Assembly (NCBI GenBank): GCA_964291265.2
Contig: OZ219747.1
Span: 1,024,001 to 1,088,000 of the forward strand
Direction: 5' to 3'
DNA from: Alphaproteobacteria bacterium
GTDB taxonomy: Bacteria; Pseudomonadota; Alphaproteobacteria; SP197
Length of the DNA: 64,000 bases
This document shows, in pieces, positions 33,540-42,937 of the stretch (its first letter is position 1; each line of letters opens with the position of its first letter). Position numbers and translations under genes: made by a program. A model generated the notes under the pieces. That model did no database searches. It had not been told where the DNA came from and saw nothing but the letters and a program-made list of their open reading frames with translations.

Positions 33540-33752
33540 ATGACGAAACGTCCGCCTGACCCGATCATCGCCGAATTGTGGGCCGTGCGAGATGCCTACA
33601 CGGCACGCTTCGATCACGACGTGTCAGCGATGTTCCGCGACCTTCGGGCGCGGCAGGAGGCGTCCGGCCGAGAGCACATCAGCTTGCCGCCCCGCCCGCC
33701 GCGTCAGACCGCCGGCGACGGGAACGAGCGGGTGTTGCCTCGCGAGGACTGA
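33540..33752 (+). CDS. Small protein of the type usually encoded after PIN toxins (DPI..E..R...A.RF..D)
   Basis: MTKRPPDPIIAELWAVRDAYTARFDHDVSAMFRDLRARQEASGR; GGAGG RBS. Confidence 0.65.
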   Translation: MTKRPPDPIIAELWAVRDAYTARFDHDVSAMFRDLRARQEASGREHISLPPRPPRQTAGDGNERVLPRED

Positions 33753-33774
33753 ACGCTCGTCGCGGTGCGGGTCG

Positions 33775-34341
33775 CTATGTCGGCCGCAGCGCACCGGGTG
33801 CGCCGCCGTCTCCGGTGTTGTCGCGATGACCAGCTTCCAGGGTCAGATCCATCCGCGGGAGCAGGCGCCGCATGCCGGCGATGCGGGCCGCCGACGCGAT
33901 GGCAATGATTGCGACGGGCAGCACCATCACAGGAGAGCGCAACAGCATGTGCACCAGCCGCACGGCGATTGACTGGCGAAGGATGGATCTCAGGTCCTGT
34001 CTGATGTCGGCATCGGCCACATCTTCGATCGCCTGGATCAATTCGGAGTGCTCATCGCTCGGTGCGTCCAGGGCCATCACGCCCGCCAGCATCTCGCTGA
34101 ATCGGTCCTGGTGCGCGAATCGCAGGCATGTGTCGAAGTAGAGGCGGAGGCGGACATAGGCAGGATCAGTGAACTCCACTCTGCCGTCGGCTCCAAGGAG
34201 AAACAGACGGTCGCGCATGTCGAACAGCTGCTGGCGCAGGGCGGATATGCAAAGGCTCTGCCAGGGTCGGGCGAAGAACCAAAGCAACACGGCGGCACAC
34301 AGGAGCACTTCGACCGCCTGTGCAACAGTCTGCGCCGTCAT
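33775..34341 (-). CDS. Hypothetical membrane protein
   Basis: Two hydrophobic segments; ATGA-coupled to 34338-34739; RBS GGAAGG. Confidence 0.6.
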   Translation of the reverse strand: MTAQTVAQAVEVLLCAAVLLWFFARPWQSLCISALRQQLFDMRDRLFLLGADGRVEFTDPAYVRLRLYFDTCLRFAHQDRFSEMLAGVMALDAPSDEHSELIQAIEDVADADIRQDLRSILRQSIAVRLVHMLLRSPVMVLPVAIIAIASAARIAGMRRLLPRMDLTLEAGHRDNTGDGGAPGALRPT

Positions 34342-34739
34342 CCTTCCCTCCCTTCATCCGATGGGTTCGTGTCACCGGTCGACATCAGGCCGCTGCTCGT
34401 GACGCCGGGATCGAGTCGACGTTCCAGCATCTTCTTCTGCTCCGACATGTTCCTGACGGTCCTCTTGCGAACTTCCCGTTCACCGACGCCCCATATCAGG
34501 GCGCACACTGCCACAAACCACGGTGCGATTCGGTCCAGTGACGCGATGACACTGACAATTCCGGTCACCTCCGTCGACTTGCCTGCAAGTGAATCGATGG
34601 AAAGGTAAATGAAAAACGCGATGGCGGCCAGTGCGCCCCACTTGGCGATCAAGCGGACCGTGGAGAACAGCTCCCGCAAGAACACGAACCTGGTGAACGC
34701 CCGATCGCGTATCCCGTTGTTCTGGCGATCACCGTCCAA
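34338..34739 (-). CDS. Hypothetical two-TM membrane protein
   Basis: WGALAAIAFFIYLSI and IAPWFVAVCALIWGV segments. Confidence 0.6.
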   Translation of the reverse strand: MDGDRQNNGIRDRAFTRFVFLRELFSTVRLIAKWGALAAIAFFIYLSIDSLAGKSTEVTGIVSVIASLDRIAPWFVAVCALIWGVGEREVRKRTVRNMSEQKKMLERRLDPGVTSSGLMSTGDTNPSDEGREG

Positions 34740-34978
34740 TGGAGGTGTGTCCCGAACTCGTTCGCAGGGAAGATGATGGCTGCGGTTTCACCTTGTTCGT
34801 GCTCCCGGCATATGCGCGAACCGAAACTGCGGTCCGCTCTGACCGCATCATGGTGCCGTCACCGCAGGGGCGCAACCCGTTCCTCATCCCCGGCAAGGGC
34901 GCCCGGGCCGTCCGCCGGGGAAGTACGAGTAGAGCGTTGCACGTGAACCTCCGACGCGGCGCGCTACCGTGGTGGGGG

Positions 34979-37900
34979 TCAGGGCGCGTTGATCCGCTCG
35001 CGGATCCGCTCCAGGCAGGGTTCGAGATCGCGGCTCAACTCCCGCGGGCTGAAGCGCAACACGGTCCAGCCCGCGCCCTCGACGTCACGGTCACGCTCTG
35101 CAAGTTCGTCCTTGCCGGGGCCGAAGGCCGCGCCGTCGTATTCGATGTCGAGCCGAACGCCGCCGTGTTCGACCGCGAGGCCGAGCCGGTGCGGGCCGAC
35201 CTCGACATCCTTCCTCACCGCGATCCCCTCATCGCGCAGGCGGTCGTGAAGCGCAAGCTCCAGGGGGCCGTGGAATCCCGATTTCTCGAGACGACGGGCG
35301 TAGCGCGCCAGCTCGCTGAGTGCGTTGTCGTGGGCGCGGCATGCCTTGATGTCTCCGACGATGACGAGGCGCTTTCTGGCGCGTGTGAGAGCGACATTGA
35401 CGAGGTTGCGATTGGCGGCGAAGCGCACCTCGGGTTCGCGGAGGTGACGGTCGATGACGGGCGAGAAATACATGACGTCCCTCTCGTCACCCTGGAACCG
35501 ATGGGCCGTGGCGGCCACCAGCTTCTTGGACCCGGTGAAGACGGGATCGGGTCCGAAGCGCTCTCTGAGGAGTTCTCTGATGAGTTCGGCCTGGGCCGCG
35601 AACGGCGTGACGACACCGACACTGCAGTCGTTGTCTCGGTAGGTCTGAAGGTCGCGCTTGATGGCCTCGATGACCTCCTCCGCTTCCTCCCGGTTCAAGC
35701 GGCTTCGCCCGTTGACTCCTCCCCTCTCGCTCCTGCCGTCGGTGTGAATCCATTCGAAGGGCTGCAGGGTCTTCGGCGGCGTGGCGGGGCTGCACAGTTC
35801 GAGATTGCCGGCGTAGAACTGCCTGCTTGAAAAGCCGATGATCGCGGCGTGCGAGCGGAAGTGCAGATCGAGGAGGATCGGGCCAGCCGGAACGCGGGAC
35901 CGGGCCAGTGCGAAGCAACTGGTGTGGATGTGGCTGAATTCATCGGCCTGGTCATCCGTCAGGCCGGACTTCTGCGCCAGGAGTCGCTCGCGGACGTCGC
36001 CGAGCGAGGCGATGTGGAGCAGCTGGTTGTCGTCCCCGACGATGAGGGCGCGCTTGCCGCGAACCAGAACCGGCAGCGCCGAGGCCACATCGCACTGGGA
36101 CGCTTCGTCGATGATGACAAGGTCGAAGAGCCCGCGTTCGAGGGGCAGGTTCGTCCGCACGGAGAGGTTGGTGACCGCCCACACGGGCAGGGCCGGCAGG
36201 GCCCCGGGCACGGCCCGCAGCGCGTTCCGGCGGGCGTCCTGGTGCGCCTTCGATTCGCGTGCATGGGACACCATGGTCTTGAGGGAGGCGACGAGCGCGA
36301 GCGCTTTCTGGCGCGCGGCGGGATTTCCGCGGCGGACTGCGTTCCATCGCGCCTCCAGAATCCCCAGGCCGGCCTCCTGGCGCGCGCGGTTGTGTTCGTG
36401 CAACCGGTCGTCGAACTGGTGCTTGTGCGGCAGGGTGCGAAGGCGGGCGTCGATCTCGTGGATGCGGAGGCGGTGGCGGGCGGCTGCCTCGAGGGCGTCG
36501 ACACGCTGCTCGAACGTGCGGAAGATGTTCCGGGGCGTCCGGGTGCGTCGCGGCTTGCCCTCGACAGGCGCCAGGCATGCCTTGATGTCATCGGCGGCGC
36601 CGAGAAGGTCGGCGAGGCGGGCCAGCGCCTGGTGGGCGCGCGCCAGGCGTCCTTGATGACGACGGCGCCTGGCGAACCACCCGAGGCGCGCGGAGAAGGC
36701 GTCGAGAGCCCGGCAGGCCTCTGCCCGGGCGGCGGCGAGCCGTGGCAGGTCCACGTCCGTGCGGGCGCCCGGCGGCAGGGCGGCAAGAATCGCCTCGCGT
36801 GCGGCCTCGCGGTCGGCGCGGTCGGCCTTGAGCTTGGTCCATTCATGCAGTTCCGCGCGGAGCGGACGAAGGGATTCCTCGACCCTGGCCCATGTCTCCT
36901 CGCCGTCGGCGGCGGCAACCTTCGGAGAGACCTGTTCGAGTGTGCGCTCGATGTCGGCGGCGACTTTGGCGCGCTCCGAGGCGAGGCGGGCGCGGACGGC
37001 GACGCACTGGGGCGAGGCGAGGCGCAGCCGGTCGACCACGACATCGACGGCGCGGTGGTTTTTGGACGCGATCAGCACGGTGTTGCGGCGCGCCACGGCA
37101 GCGGCCACGACATTCACCAGGACCTGGGACTTGCCGGTTCCCGGCGGGCCCGTCACCACCGTGAAGGCGTTCTCCATCGCCGAGTGGATCACCTTGTCCT
37201 GGTTGAGGGACGAGTCGGCGATGGTGGGATGGTGCGTCAGCGGCGGCAGAACGTCAGGAGACGCCTGGCCGAGAAGGACCGCGGCCGGACCTTCGGCGAG
37301 CATGTTGGGGTCCCCGGCGATCTTCTTGAGGTCTGCGATCAGGTTGTGCGTGGTGTGCCGGCCCGCGGACACCTTCATGACGACGCCGCTGTTGTGGATA
37401 TCCCCGGCTTGGTCTTCCTCGGTTTTGGGCAGGGGCAACAGCGCCGAGGTGTCGAGTTGCCTCAGGTCATCGATGCCCTCGTCCTCGAGGACGGCGAGAA
37501 GGGCGTCCGCTTGCACTTCCGGGGTGGCGGCCTCATCGACCTCGGCGCTGGCACGGACCGCCGCCATCACCTGACGGAGGGAATCCTCTCCAAGACCGAT
37601 GAGGGCGAGGGCGAACGGATTGAGTTCGACGCGCGTGTTCGATATCCCAAGCGTCCAGGCTCCGTCCGCTGCCTCGGCCTGGATCTCGGCGATCAGGAGG
37701 GGCGAGAACGAGAGACCTTTCTGGTCGACCTCGTGGTCGATGCCGACGGCGATGGGCCAGCCGACCGCCAGGGTGACTCCAGACTCCACCGCGCGCTGGA
37801 TCCACTGGTGTTCTTCCGACGTCTCGCGAATGACGGGGGTTTCGTGGAACGGGCTCGGCCTGTCGCGGAGGTCGATGTGTTTCTTGTCGTTGCGCTGGAG

Positions 37901-38065
37901 GCGGGACTCGAGGGCGGCTTCCGCCGTGACGCAGGCATGATAGAACGAGGCGATGGACGAGGGCGAAGCGGCGCCTGCGCCAGGGGCCCGGTCAACCCCG
38001 GTCTCGCGTCTTCCGCCGCCGGGCGCGTCGGGCCCGGACGAAGGGCGGGACGGATGTCTCGCCAC
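34979..38065 (-). CDS. SF1 (DNA2/NAM7-like) helicase with a C-terminal Vsr/DUF559-like nuclease domain
   Basis: VTGPPGTGKSQ, ASKNHRAVD, FDLVIIDEASQC, VGDDNQL, HFRSH, GVVTPFAAQ, TAHRFQGDERD, NVALTRAR; C-terminal IEYDG..RDR...GWTVLRF. Confidence 0.88.
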   Translation of the reverse strand: MARHPSRPSSGPDAPGGGRRETGVDRAPGAGAASPSSIASFYHACVTAEAALESRLQRNDKKHIDLRDRPSPFHETPVIRETSEEHQWIQRAVESGVTLAVGWPIAVGIDHEVDQKGLSFSPLLIAEIQAEAADGAWTLGISNTRVELNPFALALIGLGEDSLRQVMAAVRASAEVDEAATPEVQADALLAVLEDEGIDDLRQLDTSALLPLPKTEEDQAGDIHNSGVVMKVSAGRHTTHNLIADLKKIAGDPNMLAEGPAAVLLGQASPDVLPPLTHHPTIADSSLNQDKVIHSAMENAFTVVTGPPGTGKSQVLVNVVAAAVARRNTVLIASKNHRAVDVVVDRLRLASPQCVAVRARLASERAKVAADIERTLEQVSPKVAAADGEETWARVEESLRPLRAELHEWTKLKADRADREAAREAILAALPPGARTDVDLPRLAAARAEACRALDAFSARLGWFARRRRHQGRLARAHQALARLADLLGAADDIKACLAPVEGKPRRTRTPRNIFRTFEQRVDALEAAARHRLRIHEIDARLRTLPHKHQFDDRLHEHNRARQEAGLGILEARWNAVRRGNPAARQKALALVASLKTMVSHARESKAHQDARRNALRAVPGALPALPVWAVTNLSVRTNLPLERGLFDLVIIDEASQCDVASALPVLVRGKRALIVGDDNQLLHIASLGDVRERLLAQKSGLTDDQADEFSHIHTSCFALARSRVPAGPILLDLHFRSHAAIIGFSSRQFYAGNLELCSPATPPKTLQPFEWIHTDGRSERGGVNGRSRLNREEAEEVIEAIKRDLQTYRDNDCSVGVVTPFAAQAELIRELLRERFGPDPVFTGSKKLVAATAHRFQGDERDVMYFSPVIDRHLREPEVRFAANRNLVNVALTRARKRLVIVGDIKACRAHDNALSELARYARRLEKSGFHGPLELALHDRLRDEGIAVRKDVEVGPHRLGLAVEHGGVRLDIEYDGAAFGPGKDELAERDRDVEGAGWTVLRFSPRELSRDLEPCLERIRERINAP

Positions 38066-38074
38066 CCGAATGGC

Positions 38075-38347
38075 TCAGGCGGGTGGCGGCGCCAGGGCGC
38101 GCACGACCGCTTCCGGGTCGCTGTCGATCACCGTCAGCAGCACCCGCGTCGCCCGGCCGGGAACCCGGCGGCCCTGTTCCCAGTCCTGAACCGCCCGCGC
38201 ATCGAGCCCGAAGCGTTCGGCGAACCGGCGGCGGCTCAGGTTCATGCGCCGGCGCAGGGCGAGGATCCGGCCGGCCGCGGGATCGTCCACGATCCGACGC
38301 GCCAACGCCGCCTCGTTCCGCCGTCCGATTGTCAGGGTGTCAGCCAT
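38075..38347 (-). CDS. XRE helix-turn-helix regulator (HigA/MqsA antitoxin-like)
   Basis: LRRRMNLSRRRFAERFGLDARAVQDWEQGRRVP..ATRVLLTVIDSDPEAV; ATG at 38347 after GGAG. Confidence 0.8.
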   Translation of the reverse strand: MADTLTIGRRNEAALARRIVDDPAAGRILALRRRMNLSRRRFAERFGLDARAVQDWEQGRRVPGRATRVLLTVIDSDPEAVVRALAPPPA

Positions 38348-38410
38348 CGCGTGTCTCCCAGGGCAGGAACCCGAACACGGGCGAGCCTCGTCCGTGTTCA
38401 AGGAAGCGTG

Positions 38411-38439
38411 AGTATGCGGCTTTGCCGCATGACGCGCAA
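38411..38439 (-). promoter_or_regulatory. Promoter with an overlapping palindromic operator
   Basis: Minus strand TTGCGC-17 nt-CATACT, with perfect inverted repeat ATGCGGC-TTT-GCCGCAT at 38414-38430. Confidence 0.6.
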
Positions 38440-38665
38440 CACCGGTGCGACGGCGGGCGAAGCCTGAGCCTTCGTGGACGGGAGGGGTCCTGCAGGTGAG
38501 CGTCGGTCGGCTGCCCTTCGCGGCCGGCGCCGACGGCCACGAAGGCAGGAGGCCGGGGCGGATGCCGCAAGGCTCGGGACACGCATCGCGGCGTGCCGTC
38601 TCCGGTCCGAAGGTCAAGGATGATCGGCCTGCCGATCACAAGGGGCATCCCCGGAGCGAAGACTC

Positions 38666-39400
38666 TCAGTGAAGGCGCCGTGTGGGGCGTCCGGTGCGGA
38701 AGTCGGGCAGCGTCGGCGCCGCCCGTTCGATGATGTCGATGAGGCGGGTCGGTTCGCCGGTCCTGGCGGCGTGGAGATCGCGCAGGGTGGCAATGGCGCC
38801 TCTCTCGAACGAGAGGATGGCCTGGTAGACCTCCGGGCGGACGTTCCCGGGGTCCTTGAGGAAGACCCGGGCGCAGCGCAGGTCCCAGAGCACCTCGATG
38901 ATCGACGTCTCGAAGCGGATGCACCAGTCCTCCACGCGGACGAGATCGTGGAGATCGTCGGTCCTGAGGTTGAGGAAGGCGTCAAGGATGCGCAGGTTGC
39001 GGTCATAGTCGGCGACGTAGCGCATGAATGTCTCGTGGAACTCCGGCGGCGTCCGGGTGGGCTGCGGGCGTCCGTCGAAGACGTCGTCGGCGGGGAGATC
39101 GGCGGCGCTGGCGAAGGGGTCGTCCTGGAGCGTGTCGTCGGTGTCGTCGGGTGTCATGGTCTCCCTCCAGGCCCGCAGCATCTCGACGAACCGGTCGGGC
39201 GCCTCGTCGGGTGCGAGTGTGCCGTCGGCGAGCAGCTCGTAGAGCAGGGACGCAGGCCCCGGAACCGTCCGCTCGCCGGCCTCCCAGCGGCGCACGGTTC
39301 GCTCGCCGTTCCCGGGGAGTCGGAACAGCGCCGCGAGCTGCGCGGCGGTGAGGCCTGCCGCCAGGCGGATGGTGCGGGCCTTGCTGGCGGCGGTCGTCAT
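38666..39400 (-). CDS. XRE-HTH domain fused to an unknown helical domain
   Basis: IRLAAGLTAAQLAALF..ERTVRRWEAGERTVPGP; acidic linker; RBS GGAGAGG. Confidence 0.6.
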   Translation of the reverse strand: MTTAASKARTIRLAAGLTAAQLAALFRLPGNGERTVRRWEAGERTVPGPASLLYELLADGTLAPDEAPDRFVEMLRAWRETMTPDDTDDTLQDDPFASAADLPADDVFDGRPQPTRTPPEFHETFMRYVADYDRNLRILDAFLNLRTDDLHDLVRVEDWCIRFETSIIEVLWDLRCARVFLKDPGNVRPEVYQAILSFERGAIATLRDLHAARTGEPTRLIDIIERAAPTLPDFRTGRPTRRLH

Positions 39401-39700
39401 GAGCCGGTCCTCTCCCCGGTGAAACGCCGGCCAGACGCCAGGCGGGCGTGTGATCCCGGATGCAGCGCCTCCGGGTGCCCGACCCTATCATCGAATGGGA
39501 CGCAGAGGCCATGCGGCCTGGCGCCAGGGCAGGACGCTCTTGCCGGGCGCGGCGCGGCGTTCCTCTTCAAGCGGTGGAGAGGGGTGCGCGAGGGCCTCGT
39601 CGACAGTAGAATGCGCCGCCATGTCCGAGGGCCTGACCACTGACCGGAAGAACCCGCTGCCGGCGCGGTCGTGTGCGCGGCGGCGCGGGGAGACGAGGCG

Positions 39701-39931
39701 ATGCGCCGCAGGACCGTGCCGGTGAGCGCGCTGGCGAGGTTCGCCGCCGATCCGCACGCGTTCTCGCGCCGCCGGACCCCGGCCATGGAGAAGGCGGCGG
39801 AGCACGGCATCCGCTGGCACGAGCAGCTGGGCCGCGGCCGGCCCGGGCCGGCGCCCGGATGGCGGGTGGCGGTTGCCGTCGCGCTCGTCCTCGTCGGCGC
39901 CGCGGCGGCGGCGCTGCTGCTGGCGCTCTGA
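39701..39931 (+). CDS. Small membrane protein resembling the N-terminal segment of Cas4-like nucleases
   Basis: VPVSALARFAADP..TPAMEKAAEHGIRWHEQLG followed by a C-terminal TM helix. Confidence 0.55.
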   Translation: MRRRTVPVSALARFAADPHAFSRRRTPAMEKAAEHGIRWHEQLGRGRPGPAPGWRVAVAVALVLVGAAAAALLLAL

Positions 39932-39932
39932 C

Positions 39933-40409
39933 ATGATGGTGGGCCTGGAGGTCTGGCGCCCCGCCGTCGGTCTGGCGCTGATGGCGCTGCTCGCCGGCCT
40001 CGTCGCCTGGGTCGTCGCCCGCCGCAGGAGTTCGCGGGACATCGTCCGGCGCTGGGGACTGGATCCCGCCTCCTGCCGGGTGCTCACCAGCGATCTCGCA
40101 CGACACAGGTCCGCACCGTCCCTGGTGGCGGACGGCCTCGCCGGCTCGCCGGATGTCCTGATGCGCGAGAAGGCGGGCGGGGCCATCATCGTCGGCGAGG
40201 CCAAGAGCCGCCACTACCGTGGCCGGGTGGCGCCTCATGAGCGCTACCAGGTGACGCTCTACCTCGGCATGGCGAAGCGACTCTACCGGCGTCCCGTGCG
40301 CGCCATCCTGCTCTACGGCAATCACCGCCGGGTCGAGATCGCGTTCGACGAGGACCTCTACCAGCACCTCCTGCGGCAACTCCCGGCCTGCCGCCGCGCC
40401 ATGAGGTGA
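39933..40409 (+). CDS. Membrane-anchored PD-(D/E)XK (Cas4/RecB-like) nuclease
   Basis: N-terminal TM; GLAGSPDVL (PD), IIVGEAKSR (ExK), ERYQVTLY (QxxxY). Confidence 0.75.
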   Translation: MMVGLEVWRPAVGLALMALLAGLVAWVVARRRSSRDIVRRWGLDPASCRVLTSDLARHRSAPSLVADGLAGSPDVLMREKAGGAIIVGEAKSRHYRGRVAPHERYQVTLYLGMAKRLYRRPVRAILLYGNHRRVEIAFDEDLYQHLLRQLPACRRAMR

Positions 40410-40780
40410 TCTGCTCACCGCCGCTCGACAGATATCGGGAAGAATCCTGGAGGCTCGTCAGTCCGGCCAGGTCGACTTGATCAGTGAGTCGCGGCGCATG
40501 TCCGCGAAACGTCTCTCGAGCGGGTCTCCATGACGCTTTGCGTGCACCGAATGGGCGGGTGGCGCGACCTGGCGGTGTTTCAGGCTGCCACACGCAAGGG
40601 ACTGTGGGCCATTCGACCGACAGCAGCGCCGCGAAACAAGGGTCGGCGGTTCGGTTCAACTCACGCGGCGCGGGGCTGAGAGCTGCGTCACTTCCGCGCC
40701 AGGGAGCACTCCCACGTGACCTCTTCCATGTCCACACCGTGCCATTCGATGGTATGGTCCAGCACCTGGAGGATTTGAGC

Positions 40781-42937
40781 ATGCCGGTCGATTACTCGAT
40801 GAGGATTTCTCGACTCACCGTCGACAAGCTGGGCGTCAAGCTCTACGACAAGGTCTCCGCCGTCATCGCCGAACTCATCGCCAATGCTTACGATGCCGAT
40901 GCCACCCAGGTGACGGTCCGGGCGCCGATGGGACAGTCTCTGGCGACCCGGGCCGGAGGTAAGGTGAAGGACAAGGGTTTCGACATCGAAGTCATCGATG
41001 ACGGCTTGGGCATGACGCCTCGGCAGGTGCAGAATTTCTTTCTCGTCGTCGGGGCCGAGCGGCGCAGCGACAGCAGTCGAGGCGACCGTTCACCCCGCTT
41101 CCGGCGCAAGGTCATGGGCCGCAAGGGAGTCGGAAAGCTGGCGCCCTTCGGTATCTGCAAGACCATCGAGGTGATCAGTGCCGGCGGCGATGGGGTCAAC
41201 GGCCACAGGCGCCAGTCCGGATCAACCGGCTACCTCACGTCCCACATCATCCTCGACTACGATGGCATCACGGCCCTCGGCGCCGAGCCCGACGAACGCT
41301 ACAGGCCGGCCGTGGGAGACCGCGACCAGAAACACTCGACGGAATCGGGAACTCGAATCATCCTGAGGAACTTCAATTACCGAAGGGTTCCCGAGCTTGA
41401 TGTCCTCAGCCGCCAGCTGGCCCAGCGCTTCGGCATCCAGTCGGCGGATTGGCGGATCGAGCTTCAGGACAACACGCAATCCACTCCGTCACCGGTGACG
41501 GTCGGCGCCTTCGAGATTCAGACAATGCAGAACACGAGGCTCTCGTTCAGACAGGACAGAACGGTGATCGGACCCGACGGCAACTCCGATACAGGACTCG
41601 CCGCCGGCTTCTGCCACGAAGGCGCCTTCTTTCCCGTCACCGGGTGGATGGCGTACTCGAAGAAACCCTACAGGGACGAACTCATGGCCGGCGTCAGAAT
41701 CTACTGTCGCGGAAAGATTGCTGCCCAGACGTCAATCTTCAACCGCCGAGCCGGCTTTACCGGAGAACACAGCATCCGCTCCTATCTCGTCGGCGAACTC
41801 CATGCCGACTGGCTCGACGAGGACGACGACCTGATCCAGACCGATCGGCGGGACATTCTCTGGTCGGACGAACTGGCCGCCTCCTTCCAGACCTGGGGCC
41901 AGCGCATCGTCAAGCGGATCGGAACCCTGTCGCGGGACCCCATGCGGACGACGACACTGGATCTGTTCCTTGAAGGGGGCGATGTCGACGCCCGCATCGA
42001 GAGCGCTTATCCGGCCGCAGATCAGCAGGAAATCCGCAACAGCGCCAGGGACATCGCCCGGTCATTCGGGCGCACGATCAGCCGCGGGGAAGTCGAGGAC
42101 CCTGGCGTCGTGAACGATCTGGTCGACCTGACGATCACCGTGGCGCCCCATGTCACGCTCAATTCCAAGATGAAGGAAGCAGTCGCCACCGCCGATACGA
42201 CGCTCTCTGTCCTGACATCACTCCTGCGCACGGCGCGATTGGCGGAATTGTCTTCGTTCGGCAGAATTGCGGAGGATCGCATCAAGGTCATCGACCGCCT
42301 CGAAGCCCTCAAGCACACCGCCGACACCGACGAGAACGACCTTCAGCGGTTGATCGCCGACGCCCCCTGGCTGATCAATCCCGAATGGGCCCCGGTGACC
42401 GAAAACCAGACTTTCGCCAGCTTGCGCCGAGAGTTCGAGAAGTACTACGAGAACAAGACCGGACAATCCATTTCATTGTCCGATTTCCGGGAGACGGGCA
42501 AACGACCGGACTTCGTCCTGTCCAACCAGGAAGGCACGGTGCAGATCATCGAGATCAAGAAACCCGGTCATCGATTGTCGAACCCCGAAATGGACAGGAT
42601 CGTGACGTATCACGACAACATGGAAGCCTTCCTCCGGGAACCCGGGCATGTCGACTTCTGCAAGCACCTTGCCGACTTCCACATCACGGTCGTGTGCGAC
42701 CATCTCGCGTTGACGGGCGCCCAGCGCGCCGCCTTCAATGGTTATCGCAACGAGAAGAGGATGACCCACTTGAACTGGTCAGCGTTTCTTCTGAAATCGG
42801 AACGAATGCACCAGGACTTTCTCGCCGAGGCTGGAACTCGCGGGAACGAACAGGATCGACCTGCTGGCCGGTTGCCCACCGTGCCAGGGTTTCACCAGCC
42901 TGACGGCAAAACACAGGGACAGGGAAGATCCCCGTAA
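40781..42937 (+). CDS. GHKL/MORC-type ATPase with a C-terminal PD-(D/E)XK endonuclease; last ~35 aa probably non-native
   Basis: LYDKVSAVIAELIANAYDADA, IDDGLGMT, MGRKGVGKLA, GTRIIL; KRPDFVL..IIEIKKP. Confidence 0.85.
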   Translation: MPVDYSMRISRLTVDKLGVKLYDKVSAVIAELIANAYDADATQVTVRAPMGQSLATRAGGKVKDKGFDIEVIDDGLGMTPRQVQNFFLVVGAERRSDSSRGDRSPRFRRKVMGRKGVGKLAPFGICKTIEVISAGGDGVNGHRRQSGSTGYLTSHIILDYDGITALGAEPDERYRPAVGDRDQKHSTESGTRIILRNFNYRRVPELDVLSRQLAQRFGIQSADWRIELQDNTQSTPSPVTVGAFEIQTMQNTRLSFRQDRTVIGPDGNSDTGLAAGFCHEGAFFPVTGWMAYSKKPYRDELMAGVRIYCRGKIAAQTSIFNRRAGFTGEHSIRSYLVGELHADWLDEDDDLIQTDRRDILWSDELAASFQTWGQRIVKRIGTLSRDPMRTTTLDLFLEGGDVDARIESAYPAADQQEIRNSARDIARSFGRTISRGEVEDPGVVNDLVDLTITVAPHVTLNSKMKEAVATADTTLSVLTSLLRTARLAELSSFGRIAEDRIKVIDRLEALKHTADTDENDLQRLIADAPWLINPEWAPVTENQTFASLRREFEKYYENKTGQSISLSDFRETGKRPDFVLSNQEGTVQIIEIKKPGHRLSNPEMDRIVTYHDNMEAFLREPGHVDFCKHLADFHITVVCDHLALTGAQRAAFNGYRNEKRMTHLNWSAFLLKSERMHQDFLAEAGTRGNEQDRPAGRLPTVPGFHQPDGKTQGQGRSP

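Noticed and set aside
39933-40409. CRISPR adaptation cas4
   Set aside because: No cas1/cas2 or repeat-spacer array in the window; the protein has a TM anchor and lacks the Fe-S cysteines.
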